This document shows positions 1 to 13,374 of a stretch of 64,000 nt of DNA, piece after piece (position 1 is the first letter of the stretch; every line of letters begins with the position of its first letter). This DNA is from Octopus vulgaris (Eukaryota). The stretch lies in the NCBI GenBank assembly GCA_951406725.2, contig OX597816.1, positions 134,726,001-134,790,000 of the forward strand, given 5' to 3'. The notes beneath the pieces are model-generated. The model did not search any database. It was not told the origin of the DNA and saw only the letters and a list, made by a program, of their open reading frames with translations. A program made the position numbers and the translations under genes.

Positions 1-360
1 TAGAAAAATTTGTCTTTTGGAGAATTTTCCACAATCTTCTCAACAAAATTAGACATTTCATCCTGTCTTCTTGTAATTGTGTTATTTGAAAGTGGAATTG
101 TACTCAGAGTAGATGCAGCATCTCTTCTCAGAGCCTCATTTGCACAAGCTAGCTTTGCATCTCTTCCCAGAACCTCATTTGCACAGGCTTGACAAGTTTC
201 TCACCATAAATCTGAGGTGCTTCAACCTTGGCAATAATTTCAGAGACCAAATAACTTGGTTTGAGTGTCTTTGCTTTTTCAGTTTTTATCTTCTTTACAA
301 ACTCGGGTAGTTTGATTGGCTGTATCTTTTTTTATTCTCAAAATATTCCCAACCTTTCAA
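1..360 (-). pseudogene. hAT (Buster/Charlie-like) transposase fragment, degenerate
   Basis: Manual minus-strand translation gives PSYLVSEIIAKVEAPQIYGEKLVKP and DAASTLSTIPLSNNTITRRQDEMSNFVEKIVE, matching the ZBED5/Buster-type motifs ASY.V...IAK..KPHTIGE.L.KP and PLSNNT..RRI..MS. Frameshifted, with a short internal tandem duplication. Confidence 0.75.
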
Positions 361-397
361 GACATTTATGAGCCCCTGTCTGGTGCTGCATCAGGGC

Positions 398-451
<54 letters not shown>

Positions 452-456
452 TATTA

Positions 457-1103
457 TTCCGTAGTTTTATTTTTATAGCGTGCTTTCACTTCACTACCGA
501 GCGCAGCTCTGTGTGCCTTCGGTATGTGCTGTGATTTGTTGTGATGCTCTGATGGTTATTGTATGGAAAGTGCTCTGCGTAGGATGTGTGCAGTGCCTAG
601 CAGTGCATTTTTCTGTATGATATATGTGTTTGTAAGTCCTGGTGTTTTTGTTATGTATTTGTCTGAATATTTTTTTATCATGCCTAATGCACCTACTATG
701 ATAGGAATTGTTTCTGTTTTCAGATTCCACATTCCTCTATTTCCAGGTCTTTGTATTTTGAGAGTTTCTCCATTTCTTTTAGAGACACGTTGTCATCTGC
801 CGGTATTGATACATCAATTAGAAAGCATTTTTTTTCTTCATGATCTCTGACAACTATATCTGGTCTGTTGGCCTTAATTTCTCTATCTGTGTGTATCGGC
901 ATATCCCAGAGTATTGTTGCTTTCTCGTTTTCTGTAACCTTTTCTGGTGTGTGCCTATACCATCTTTTTTCTGTTGTTATTCCATAATGTTGGCATAGCT
1001 TCCAGTGTATGTAGGTTCCAACTCTGTCATGTCTGTGAATATATTCCTTCTTAGCCAGGACTGGGCAGCTAGAGATAATATGATTTATTGTTTCTTGTCC
1101 ATC
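457..1103 (-). mobile_element. 5'-truncated R4/Dong-like non-LTR retrotransposon (restriction-like endonuclease end plus 3' UTR)
   Basis: ORF 720-1262 core ETINHIISSC..HRHDRV..RPDIVV..CFLIDVSIPADDNV..EKLSKYKDLEIE is the end of the CCHC finger plus the PD-(D/E)xK RLE domain. It continues after a frameshift (WNLKTETIPIIVGALGMI..LLGTAHILRRAL). Bounded by (TAA)n and (TAA/TGA)n. Confidence 0.85.
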
Positions 1104-1104
1104 A

Positions 1105-1166
<62 letters not shown>

Positions 1167-1612
1167 GAGTGAGAGAGCAGTGCATGCCATTAACGTGACA
1201 CTGGGGTAAAATATACGAAGCCTAATATACCCATCATGACTACCCGTCTGATAAGGGTACACCAGGCATATGCATCACAACCATATGTGCACGACAAAGT
1301 GATCTTATATCAAGATAAACAGCGCGTGACCTTGCAGGTGGGGCCCAATAAAAATTTTCTCCTGGTCGAGTAGCCCATCCCACTTAAAAGTTCCCTGAAT
1401 AAGGATTGTTTAAGGATGTTGAACGAACCACCCATGTTTCCAAAGGTGAATTATCCAAACCTCTAAGAATTCCTTTCAACATACGGCTATGATGCTCTCC
1501 CACTACTTCTGCTTGTGATCAGAGATGCACATATTGTCAGCCACTAAGGAATATACTCAACTGGTTAAGGTCAAACAACTGACAAGCAAATCTGTGGTAT
1601 TGAGCAGAATAT
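1167..1612 (-). mobile_element. Non-coding (TAA)n-embedded interspersed repeat, family A, copy 1 (truncated)
   Basis: High similarity to 2599-3131 and 39716-40249. Starts GAGTGAGAGAGCAGTGCATGCC on + directly after a (TTA)n run. Confidence 0.85.
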
Positions 1613-1624
1613 TATTATTATTCA

Positions 1625-1780
1625 AGAGTGGCTGTGTGCTAAGTAGCTTGTTTACCAACCACATGGTTCCGGGTTCAGTCGCACTGCATGGTACTTTGGG
1701 CAAGTGTCTTCTACTATAACCTCGGGCCGACCAAAGCTTTGTGAGTGGATTTAGTAGAGGGAAACTGAAAGAAACCCGTC

Positions 1781-1834
<54 letters not shown>

Positions 1835-2040
1835 ATGTTTGTGTGTCTGTGTTTGTCCCCACCAACATCGCTTGACAATTGATGCTGGTGTCTTTACGTC
1901 CCTGTATCTTAGCGGTTCGGCAAAAAGAAACCGATAGAATAAGTACTAAGCTTACAAAAAATAAGTCCTAGGGTCGATTTGCTCGACTAAAGGCGGTGCC
2001 CCTGGATGGCCTCAGTCAAATGATTGGAACTAGTAAAAGA
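1625..2040 (+). mobile_element. tRNA-derived SINE family 1
   Basis: tRNA-like head (GAGTGGCTGTGTG...GGGTTCAGTC), TTGGGCAAGTGTCTTCTACTATA core, internal (TA)n(TG)n, tail GGGTCGATTTGCTCGACTAAAGGCGGTG. Further copies at 13375, 28290, 43585. Confidence 0.85.
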
Positions 2041-2532
2041 ATTATTGTTATTATTAAAATGAAAATCATCAGTGTTCCCAGTGTGACTTCTTAGCAAAAT
2101 CCATACCTGGACTCAAATTACATTCACGCATCCATTGCAAATAGATGCAGCATCTTTTATTCTTTTGCTTTTAAAGTTGTTTTTTTCTTTGCCTCACATT
2201 TTTTATTATATAATATCTTTTTTTTATATCTTTAATTTTCTTTTAAATCCTCTTCTTTAAACGCACATACATTGAAATGGACGGGAGCGATCATCATCAT
2301 TATCATCATCGTCGTCGTCGTCGTCGTCGTCATCATCATCTATTCTTTTTATCTCGGGTTTTGCTGTAACTGCTGGAGTCTTGCATGCAAAACGGGCTTG
2401 CTGCCTGCAGCTTACGGTACCATGCTATCTGTCCTTTTCAACTATTTAATACTTTCCTGATTATTCAGGATTATTATTATTATTATTGTTGTTGTTGTAG
2501 TTATTATTATTATTATTGTTGTTGTTGTTGTA

Positions 2533-2598
<66 letters not shown>

Positions 2599-3131
2599 GA
2601 GTGAGAGAGCAGTGCATGCCTTCAAAGTGACACTGGGGTAAAATATATGAAGCCCAGTCTGATAAGGTTACACTAGGCACATGCATCACAACCATATGTG
2701 CGCGACATGGTGATCTCATATCAAGATAAACAGCACATGACCTTGCAGGTGGGGCTCAGTTAGAATTTTCTCCTGGTCGAGTAACCCATACCACTCAAAA
2801 GGTTCCTGAATAAGGGTTGTTTAAGGATGTTGAACGAAACACCCATGTTTCCAAAGGTGAATTATTCAAACCCCAAAGATTCCCCCTCAACACATGGCTA
2901 TGATGCTCCCCCACTATTTCTGCTCGTGATCAGAGGCGCACATATCATCAGCCACTAAGGGACATGCTCAACTGTTTAAGGTCAAACAACTGACAAGCAA
3001 ATCTGTGGTATTGAGCAGAATGTTTGCTGTAGCCCATCTTTTATACCATGACAAAACAATGTACATGATAACACTTCTAATCAGTTAAGATCAGAAGCCA
3101 TGAGAGCCCCTGCCTGGTACTGCATCAGGGC
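2599..3131 (-). mobile_element. Family A (TAA)n-embedded repeat, copy 2 (longest, about 530 bp)
   Basis: Flanked by (TTA)n on both sides; similar to 1167-1612 and 39716-40249. Confidence 0.85.
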
Positions 3132-3191
<60 letters not shown>

Positions 3192-3839
3192 AGTCTGGTA
3201 TAACTTGAGAAAAAAGCCATCGATGTTAAGCTGTTGAAAAAGAATCAGAATCGTCTGCTGTTGAAATGCACGAAAGGTTGGGAATTGTGTCAATAGTATT
3301 AGGTATTCTGCCCTGTGAGCAGAATAATCAACTGTAAAATGGTGTTTGTAAGGTAGATGTTGCATATTGTTGCATGAAAAATTTAAGAACGTCGCGGGTG
3401 GGGGTGGGGGAAGACAAAAATAAGAGCAAATAAAAAAAAAAGGAAAAAGACTTAAACTTACCAAGCTTCATGAAAAACCCTGAACGCCTTTTAGTAACGC
3501 CGTTTAGTAACGGGGCTAAGAGATATTAATCTCATTTTAGGACGAGTTCCTCTGTAATGTTTTATATAAAACGCCTACATTAAACATCATATGAAGATAT
3601 TTGTTTCTGATAAAGCCAAAACATTCTGCTGAGTCATGGTCAAACCAAAGCATCCGGCAGATGTCTTGCACCACCTACCTACTCATTAACCCCCATTTCC
3701 AATTCTGTTGCTAGTACTACTTCATATCCTGTGACTTTTGCTAAAAATCTAAATCTACAGGGGTGTCTGAGATATGAATTAAATTTAATTACATTGTATG
3801 AATTTTATTAAATTGCATTGTTATACTCAATATACCAAC

Positions 3840-3858
3840 CTACCTACCTGCCTGCCTA

Positions 3859-3953
<95 letters not shown>

Positions 3954-4170
3954 CATACATATACATACATACATACCTATATATATATATATATATATAT
4001 ATATGCATATATATATATGCATATATTAAAGAAGAAATGGAGAGCAATGTGTCTAATATTTGTGCCAATTATGTATATATATATATATATATATAAATAC
4101 ACACATATATATATATATATACATACATATATACATACATACACACACACACATATATATATATATAAAT

Positions 4171-4209
<39 letters not shown>

Positions 4210-4249
4210 ACTATATATATACCGATATACACACATATACATATCTACA

Positions 4250-4303
<54 letters not shown>

Positions 4304-4375
4304 CATACATGTTCGTACACTTTATACACACACACATATATATAGATCCATACATACACATGTGTGTGTGTGTGA
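3840..4375. repeat. Compound microsatellite (CTAT)n/(TA)n/(CA)n
   Basis: Seen directly; source of several spurious low-complexity ORFs. Confidence 0.95.
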
Positions 4376-4810
4376 CTGAGGGATGTGTGTAGTTTAAAAG
4401 TGACTTGGGAAATTATTTCAGTATGAAACATAATGTGTGTTCATTAAAATCTCCCTGCAGGAAAGACATTATTCGTTAATATTACATTAGTAATATCATT
4501 TTTATAATGATGAGCAGAATAAACGAGATGAATGTGGGTTGTACATGAATGAAGTGATATGTAATTGTACTTACAATTCTGCTTCGGTCGTGTGTCAGTT
4601 GTTGCTTGTTATCACATTTGTTGCTGTTACTGATAGCAGTTGAGGATTTACTAGGTAATCAATCATCAATAAGCACCGGTTAGAATAAAATTCCCCAATG
4701 CAATAAATATTCTGCGGAAAGAGTAAAATAATTATTAAGGGTTTAAAAATTTATGGTTGCAACAACGTCAGTAAAAAAATTAAGGATTCATATATATATA
4801 TATATATATT

Positions 4811-5008
4811 GGTTTCAAATTTTGGCACAAGGCCAGCAAGTTCGGAGGAGGGAGTTAGTGGATTGCATCGACCTCAAAAAAAAAAAAAAAAAATGACAGG
4901 CACAGTCGACCTCGGCAGAATTTGAACTCAGAAAGTAAAGAAGAATAAAATGTATTTTGCTAAGTATTTTGCCTGGCGTATTTTGTTCACGATTCTGCCA
5001 GCTCGCCT
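4811..5008 (-). mobile_element. tRNA-derived SINE family 2, degenerate
   Basis: Reverse complement of the family-2 pattern GGCGAGCTGGCAGAA..CTGAGTTCAAATTC(C/T)GCCGAGGTCGAC with tail GGCCTTGTGCCAAAATTTGAAACC. Confidence 0.75.
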
Positions 5009-5594
5009 TATATATATATATATTATCGACTGCACATTCTCAGTACATGTATTTTAATTGTTCGCCGCTAAGCGCCTGAAGGACAACTCCTTCATTGCAC
5101 TGGCTAACTTGAAAAATCATAGGCGAGACAACTCGCCCCAGATTCCATGCTGGAGCGATGGATACTGATATTTCGCCATAGTCTTTGTGGCTTATCAACA
5201 CGTTCGACGAACTGAATCGCCTGTCTATGACGATATATAAATAGTGTAAAAACTATTTGCTGGCATGCCGCGACGATGCATACATAAGATTAAATTCAGC
5301 AATTAATTAAAAGCAGCGTTAGTGTTGTAAACATTATCGACCGCACAAACTCAATGTATGTGTTTTGTTTGTTCGCCGGTTCGCTGGGTATTAAAACAAC
5401 TGAAAATCAAAGAGAGGCGAGACAACTCGCCCCAGGAGTGATGGATACTGATATTTCGCCATAACAACAACAACAACAACAACAAAAGTTGTTTCAAATT
5501 TTGATACAAGTCTAGTCGATTATATTGTGCTCGACTGGTAGCTATTTTTTCGACTCTGAACGGATAAATTCGACCTCTGCGGAATGAGTTTTTC

Positions 5595-5790
5595 AAATTT
5601 TGCCTAAAGGCCAGTAATTTTGTAAGGAGGGTGTAGCAACTCGATAACAACAACTTAGTTACTTTACTGGTATTTTATTTTATCGATCCAGAAAGGATGA
5701 AAGGCAACGTTGACCACGGCGCTATTTGAACCTATAACGTAACGGGCAAGAAGAAATACTGCTGACAATTTTTTCCGACGTTCTAACGAT
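5595..5790 (-). mobile_element. SINE family 2, degenerate
   Basis: GAAAGGATGAAAGGCAACGTTGACCACGGCGCTATTTGAAC matches the family-2 reverse strand. Confidence 0.65.
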
Positions 5791-6104
5791 TCATCAATTG
5801 GTAAGAGGTTTCATGAAGGAAAATGTTGTTGCTGGATTAAACAATGTCCACTTTAAATGGAACATATATGTGTAATCAAATTATCAGAGACAGAAGAAAA
5901 ACCAGTCTGGATGATTGCTATTCTTATATCAAATTGCACCTGTGTCGGAAATAACTTTTTGTTTCTCTGGTGTAAATAAAATATAGAACAAATAATATAA
6001 TGGGATCGATTCTTTTGTTCATACACCATTCCTATATATTTAAAACAAGAACCTTCGCCTTAGATCTGGTTACAAAAATATAAATATGTTACAAATTACT
6101 AATA

Positions 6105-7001
6105 TCTCAGAGGTACCGAAAAGTAATGACGTTTATACCACGAAAAAATTACAAACCAATAAAAGGTGTTTCTGTTTGCAATCAGCCAATCAACATAGAC
6201 TTAGTGACCTAACGTTAATGTAGACACGTGCCGTGTGTATATATATATATGCTTTATCTGAGAAATCCTGGAAGACAAGGACTTTAGAGAGCTGCATATT
6301 TAGCATTGCATGCTTCATAAATTTCGTAAGGGCAACAATGTAACACATGTAAGGAAAAATATATGCATTTTATATCCTGATGGTGTGAGTATTCGGAAAT
6401 GCCAAAGGTGGTTTTACAAATTAAAAAATTGTCGATTTCGATCTTTTGGATGGGTATCGATCAGGAAGGCAAGCTATTCTCGCAGTGAAAACAGTAACTG
6501 AAGAGGATCTGTGCCAAAATATCGGAAGCTTAATAAACCTTGGTCCATTGTGCAAGATTATCTCAAGCAGACTGAGAAAGTGTATAGAGAAGGGAAATGG
6601 GCACCTCATTAGTTGTCTACAGGGAAAAAAGCTGTGCAGTCAATAAGATAATTCACGAAAGCATAAATTCATTAAGCAGGGAAACCCTACCTCACTCTCG
6701 TTACCCACCAGACCTAGCACCATCTTATTTTCCACTTATTCATCAGGTCATTTGAACACTTTAACAATGGAAAAAACATTCAGAAACAGAGACGATGTCG
6801 AAACGGTACTCCAAACATCTTTCTTTTCTAAAGAACATGATTTCTTTTGCGTGAGGAATCAGAAAACTGGTTTCGAGGTGGGGGAAATGTTAGTGTTAAC
6901 GATAGCCATTATATTTTGGATGATAAAATATATTTGCTATATATAATATTCTGGTTTGAACCTATTACATGAAATGCAATATCCCTTTTCGGTAGTCCTA
7001 A
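6105..7001 (+). mobile_element. Degenerate, internally deleted mariner transposon
   Basis: MLHKFRKGNNVTHVRKNICILYPD..RKCQRWF and RSGRQ resemble the mariner N-terminal HTH region; YPPDLAPS near 6700 matches YSPDLAPSD. Imperfect TIRs GTACCGAAAAG / CTTTTCGGTAGTCCTAA followed by TA. Confidence 0.8.
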
Positions 7002-7273
7002 TACGTAGAAAAATTATTGTTTTTCTTTGTTTAGGAAAACCAATTACTCGATTCTTGAAAAGTTTGCATTTTACATATAACTAGAAATATTGATTAAATA
7101 TGTATTAGAAGAGAACTGGAAAATTAATCTATTTGTGGCGTGTGTATACGTGTATATGTAGGGGTTCAAACTATATGAACTTATATATAAGTATGAGAAA
7201 GCATGTGTCTGCATGTACATGCATGAGTCTGTGTTTGCTTGTACATGCATGAGTCTGTGTTTGCTTGTTTGTT

Positions 7274-7328
<55 letters not shown>

Positions 7329-8157
7329 TTACAGACTAGAGAGTTTTCAGATCTTTTAATAAACAATCATATTTCTAGTTCTGATATCTATTTTATACCA
7401 TGCCTTCCCGAAGAGATCTGTCCTACCGAAAGGTTTTGCGCTTTTGAATTTGAACGGCTGTGTCACCAGATTTCCATGACACACTCTCACATATATATAT
7501 ATACAGACACACACACAAGCATAAAATATTTATTTACGAATACACACACATATACAAACACGCACAAGACAAATACATGCATGTGTGCACATACAGACAG
7601 ATGCATGTATGTGTGCATGTGTGTATCTGTGTGAATATGTACTCGTATGCGCACGCATATGCATCCATTACATATAGTAGAATAATATACTTATTTTTAC
7701 ATGCATCTGTATATTTACATATGCACACACATACAATCGCGCGCGCACACATACACACACAAAGAGAAAGAAAGTAGAAATATACACACTACATAAACAC
7801 AAGAAATAAACTTCTAGAAAAGAGACGCTGGTAAAATACGCAGAGGTTAAAAGAGAGAAAGAAATGATATGCGGCTCTTATGCTGTCGTCTGCTGCAACA
7901 GACGTCAAAGCCTCTCTGTCAGATGATTAAAGTGGTAATAGAGAAATCGATTCGATGTTTTATCGTTGAATTCGCGGTTTCCATTGTTGATAAAGATTGT
8001 TGACTATTCTCTAGAAGAAGACGTGTTGATGATATAAAGTTGTAGACCACGCTGTTGGATAATTGGACGCTTGGCTTCAAAGAATTCTTTTCCATGTCCC
8101 ATTATGTGAATGCCAGGCTAAACCTAGGCGTCTATCGCACAGACTACCGCGCAAAGT

Positions 8158-8389
8158 CTTTTTATACGGGAAGAGCTTAAACAGTGTGAACGTGGTATTT
8201 CTATTTTCTCTTTTACAGAGATAGGTTGTGTCCAATTGTATGGTATTCATAGCTGTTAGTTTTCCTCTCTTTAAAGGAAATAGATTTGACGAAGTTTAAA
8301 TTAATAGCTCGTCCATCTCAATTAAGGGCAGTAATTGATGGTGTACTAAGTAATAGTCCCACTGATACGTTCAGTTATTTGATTGACAG
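8158..8389 (-). promoter_or_regulatory. Candidate promoter/enhancer: TATA box plus PBX/TALE and homeodomain motifs
   Basis: TATAAAAAG on minus (8158-8166), CCAAT at 8232, TAATTGATGG at 8332-8341, TGATTGACAG at 8380-8389, within unique non-repetitive sequence. Motif evidence only. Confidence 0.3.
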
Positions 8390-8544
8390 AGTTCGAGAAA
8401 GTTTTTTATTGATAGGAGACGAACTAACGACCTTAAAGACCAGTGTGTGTGAGTGTGGGGGAGTGGATGAGAGAAAGAGAGACAAAGAGAGAGAGAGAGA
8501 AAGAAAGAGCACATGCGAGTATGTGTGTGGGGAAGAGAAAGTGG

Positions 8545-8607
<63 letters not shown>

Positions 8608-8871
8608 TGCATATGTGTATGTGTGCGTATGTGTGTATGTGTAGTAATGTAACTAGTAAAATATATCAATAATATATTTCACATAGTGCAAACAGCAAAT
8701 ATTATTTGATGTAGAACTCAATACGCTGGTTAGAGTGCATAGATATATTATATCACATTCACACACGCACACATCAGTTCAGTATGTTAGTGTCGCCGTC
8801 TGTCTTGAAAGCCAAGCATTAGAATGGGCTCTGTCGATTACCGCGTAGGTAGCATTATTATTAGTAGTTTT

Positions 8872-9085
8872 AAGGTGACGAGCTGGTAGAACCGTTAACA
8901 CGCCGGGTAAAATACTTAGCGGCATTTAGTTCGTCTTTACACTCTGAGTTCAAATTCCACCGAGGTCAACTTTACCTTTCATCCTTTCGGGGTCGATAAA
9001 ATAAGTACCAGTTGAACACGGGTTGATGTAATCGACTGATCCCCACCTCCAAAATTGCTGCCCTTGAGGCAAAATTTAAAACCAT
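8872..9085 (+). mobile_element. SINE family 2
   Basis: AAGGTGACGAGCTGGTAGAACCGTTA..CTGAGTTCAAATTCCACCGAGGTCAACTTTACCTTTCATCCTTTCGGGGTCGATAAA; tail AAAATTTAAAACC. Confidence 0.85.
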
Positions 9086-10574
9086 TACTAGTAGTAATTT
9101 AGCCCAGATCAGCTGAGAGCGAGCAGAGATTTGATAATTTTTTTCCAGTCTTTAGCATTTCGTCTTTTCAGTTACAACGAATCTAGAAATCCATTACTTA
9201 ATGAGATCTTCCTTTTTAAAATGGTAGGATGTCCCTTAAAGGTTTATTTGACTGCTACTTTAACAGGTCGCGCAAACAGATGAAGGCTGCTTCTTTGGCA
9301 TAGTAAAGATAGTCTCCTTTCTTGACAGACGTTTCCGGGAAACAAAATCGTACATATAGCAGAATATTGATTCTGAATACCACTATATAGACTAAGCAAT
9401 TAAGCATAGATAAATTTCATGTACAACTCATGTACTAAAATCATCGGTGCGTACACCTTTTTCCAAAGGTAATAGTGTAACTGTAACTGAAATAAAATGT
9501 TTACTATTAAAAATCGAAAGCGGGTCGTGAGTGAATTCGACTCTCTGCGAACTTATTTCTGTTTGACGGTCTTTGGTTCACGTAAAGGAAGTACACTGTT
9601 TTAATTTTTATGACATTACACTTACATACAAATGTTTCAAAGTTACACAGCAAAAGAATAACCATTTCATGTTATATTTGTTGTGTTATTTAAATTTAGC
9701 TTCAGGTCAACCCTGTTCGAGTAAACCCAAGCTACGATAATCCTGTTGAGGGTACGGGGCACTACATTGTGTAATGTGTCTTGTCTTCATAAAAAAAAAT
9801 CACAGTGGGACAATATTTAGCTGATATTTCAAGCAAGTCTAGCTACAATGCAGAGGTTCTGTCAAAGGGCTCCAACCACATCGTTTCTCTGAACCTCTGT
9901 ATAATTGCAGAACCGACACTTTATCCAGTTCTTCACGCATTCATTTATAATCTAGAATTTTCTCTAAATGACCTGCAGATAATATTCGATAACTGATCTT
10001 TGAACAGGCACCCATTTTGCGCTCTTATTTCCCGTAAGATAAATTGCGGCAATTCGTGTTAAGCGATTTTTCTCATGAAATAGAATAAAGAAGTTACAAG
10101 ACAACGTACGAAACCATATATGCATGCGTATCATTCATGCATACATCTCAGAACATTCCTGTAGTTACGTTTAAATAGGTACATATGCATATGTATAGAC
10201 ATACAAACATATGTATGTACTCATATGCAAATCCACACAAACAAATCTACATATGCAATGACATACATGCTTGCACACCCAAAGATGACTGTCTCCTATG
10301 TAATCAGGGGCGACAAATCTCGTCAAAGCATTGGCTGGTGGGGAGTACACGCTACTGACAAGGTCCGAGGAGGCTAAAAGGCATCTGGCTTTGTTGCTAG
10401 CTGCTACTAGGATGTTTATCATCTCCCTCCGAAATAGGTTTTGTTTTTAAACACAGTACATACATAAGGGATGTGATTTCTGAACGAATACTGTAGTAAA
10501 TTGCCTTTCAACGATGTATTTACATTTAGTATGATACATATATACATATATATATATGTTTATATGTATATATG

Positions 10575-10658
<84 letters not shown>

Positions 10659-10669
10659 TGTGTGTGTGT

Positions 10670-10968
10670 GGAGGCGCAATGGCCCAGTGGTTAGGGTAGC
10701 GGACTCGCGGTCGTAGGATTGCGGTTTCGATTCCCAGGCCGGGCGTTGTGAATGTTTATTGAGCGAAAACACCTAAAAGCTCCACGAGGCTCCGGCAGGG
10801 GGTGGTGATCCCTGCTGTACTCTTTCACCACTCTTTTTCCCACTCTTTCTTCTGTTGGCCTGCTCGCTTAGCCAGCGAGGTGGCGTCATTCGAAGGTTAA
10901 AAAAAACAATGCGAACGCATTGTGACCAGCGATGTGTAACAACATCTGATAGTCTGGTCGGTCACGTG
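10670..10968 (+). mobile_element. tRNA-derived SINE (head related to family 3)
   Basis: A-box TGGCCCAGTGG and B-box GGTTTCGATTCC in a tRNA-like head, followed by a non-tRNA body; lies between (TG)n and (TA)n. Confidence 0.8.
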
Positions 10969-11015
10969 ATATATATGTATGTATGTATATATATATATGT
11001 AGAGAGAGAGAGAGA

Positions 11016-11077
<62 letters not shown>

Positions 11078-13233
11078 CAGTTCACAGTTCACAGTGCTCA
11101 CGTGAAGCAGGAAACTGAAGATGGAAAATGGTTGACAAAAGGTGTTACGAGAAAGTAAGAAATGACAAATTGTGCTAGGAAAAAAAAATACAGAGCAGCA
11201 GTTGTACTGAAAGTGCTGTAAATTTGCAGACAAGACATTAACTAACCATTGTTATGTTCTTAGTCCCGCACACTACTAATTCGACATTATCTTAAATGAT
11301 ATCTCATTTCTGAAAACTCAGATGGATATGTCTGGCAGAGTATCAGATATCACTGTTATAAATTGTAAGCTATATAGATATCAATACAGCTAGCTATCTT
11401 AAGTCCAGGATCGTTGATAAATTTTGTTTAGAGATAGATCAGGTTTCAGGGCAGACGACCTTTGTTCAAATGCGTTCAAGGTGTGACCATTTTCAGGTGA
11501 TGGACTACATTATCAAAATATCCTTTCTTTTATTTATAGGCTGTGAGTTTTAATGTTAGGGAGATTTGTCTGCTGTTTATTGTAGTCAGAATGACAGTGG
11601 ATATGATCTTTCACTGGCACGTTTGTAGAGCAGGATTGTAGACACTGATAAACCATGGCTGTTGATAACTGCAGTTTTAAGCGAAGTCTGTGTACAAAAC
11701 TATAAGTTGTATGATGACTTGATGTAGTGGAAATTAACTGCAAATGTTAAGTCCTCAGCTCTAACTATCAATGTTTCATTTGCCCCTAAAATAGTAATTC
11801 ATACGCATTTGAATGAGTTGCAGAGGAAATAAGAAAGACAGAGTGAGAAGGAAAGAGAGAGAAAAAAAGAAAGAAAGAAAGAGAGAAAAAGAGAGCTGAG
11901 AGAGGGGGGTGGGAGATGGGGAAAAGAGACAAAAGAATGAAAAGAGAAAGATAAGAGAATCAAAAGAAACACCGATGGGAAAGTTTGTGCAAGACAGACG
12001 AGAAAAGTACTTGAGATAATATAAAAGAAGAATTATTTGAAAAGGTCAGAAAAGAAAATAGAAATGAAGCGAAAAGAATGGAGAGCCGACGCAGTCGTAT
12101 ATTCTTGAAATATATATTTACACTTCCTCCATATGACTTTACAAATCCGTGTAATAGAAAACATTCATGTGTTTTATTATTGGGAGATACAGTTTTACTG
12201 AAAAACCAATGAATTAAAATGGCGCAGTATGGTGAGATCGATCCTTATAAAGTTACGATGTTTATCTGTTACAAAATTTATTTGGTAATGTTGCATTAAA
12301 AAGAACTAAATTCTAGCATGTTGCTTCGTATTATAAAAATATTCAGTACATCGTGTTTGAGACTGTAATTAGCTATCGCTATGCTCTGAACAAGACGACT
12401 TAATAATAATTTCCTTTCTCTGATAATAAACACACGTAGTCTGATAGGAGATTAATTTCGATATATTTACTTCATACCTTGGAGACAATTCACCTCTTAA
12501 TGATCAGATTAATGATGTACTGTAGCTCGTGAAATTGGCACTTTCATATATCTTTAGATGTATATATATTTTGTACTGATAGGCACCTACTTACATTAAG
12601 CACAAAAGAAGATTTGCATCCAGCACTTGCTAGTGGTTTAAATTACACCATACCTAATGGACAATAGATTAAATGCTAATCCTTCCATGCAAAGCAAACC
12701 AGACGACATTTTTTTCCCTTGAATCAAACATGCTTTTACATAAACATTTCGTTACAAAAACCATTACTCCAAATATCTGTTTTATAAAGCATATATTTTA
12801 CAGAACACTTTGTTGTTTCAGTTCGTGTATACTACAATGAAAAAAATACCATTGCAATCCATTCTTTCGGTCTTAATGGAGTTTGCGATTTTTCAGTTTA
12901 TTATACTCAATAACAGCTAACGATGATTTAGTAATACATTTGAATTCAAAAAAATACTTCTACATATAACTTTTTTAATAATCCAAACCACGACCTTTAA
13001 TTTTACATCTGAGTCTCACTTATGAGGAACTTACCCGTCTGTTCAAACATATAGTGTTGGTACAGTTTTGACATTTAATCATATTTGTAATGCCTACTAT
13101 TAATAACAATGAGGTATCAACTACAGGAGCGGAAATGCATGGATTGTGTTTGGTAATTAATCTCCAACATTACTAAGTATAATTGAAAAATTAAGCTAAA
13201 ACATTTCTGTTGCTGATTCAAATTTCAGTCACC

Positions 13234-13266
<33 letters not shown>

Positions 13267-13374
13267 TGTATGTATGTATGTATGTATGTATGTATGTATG
13301 TATGTATGTATGTATGTGTATGTGTGTATGTATGCATATGTATATATGTATACACACATAGACATATAGCACAG

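Noticed and set aside
3798-4431. Long ORFs such as IYLSIYLS and YIYIYI, and similar ones across the window
   Set aside because: Translations of stop-free microsatellites, not genes.
10670-10745. Possible tRNA gene
   Set aside because: The tRNA-like head continues into a SINE body and related heads recur in the window; not called as a tRNA.
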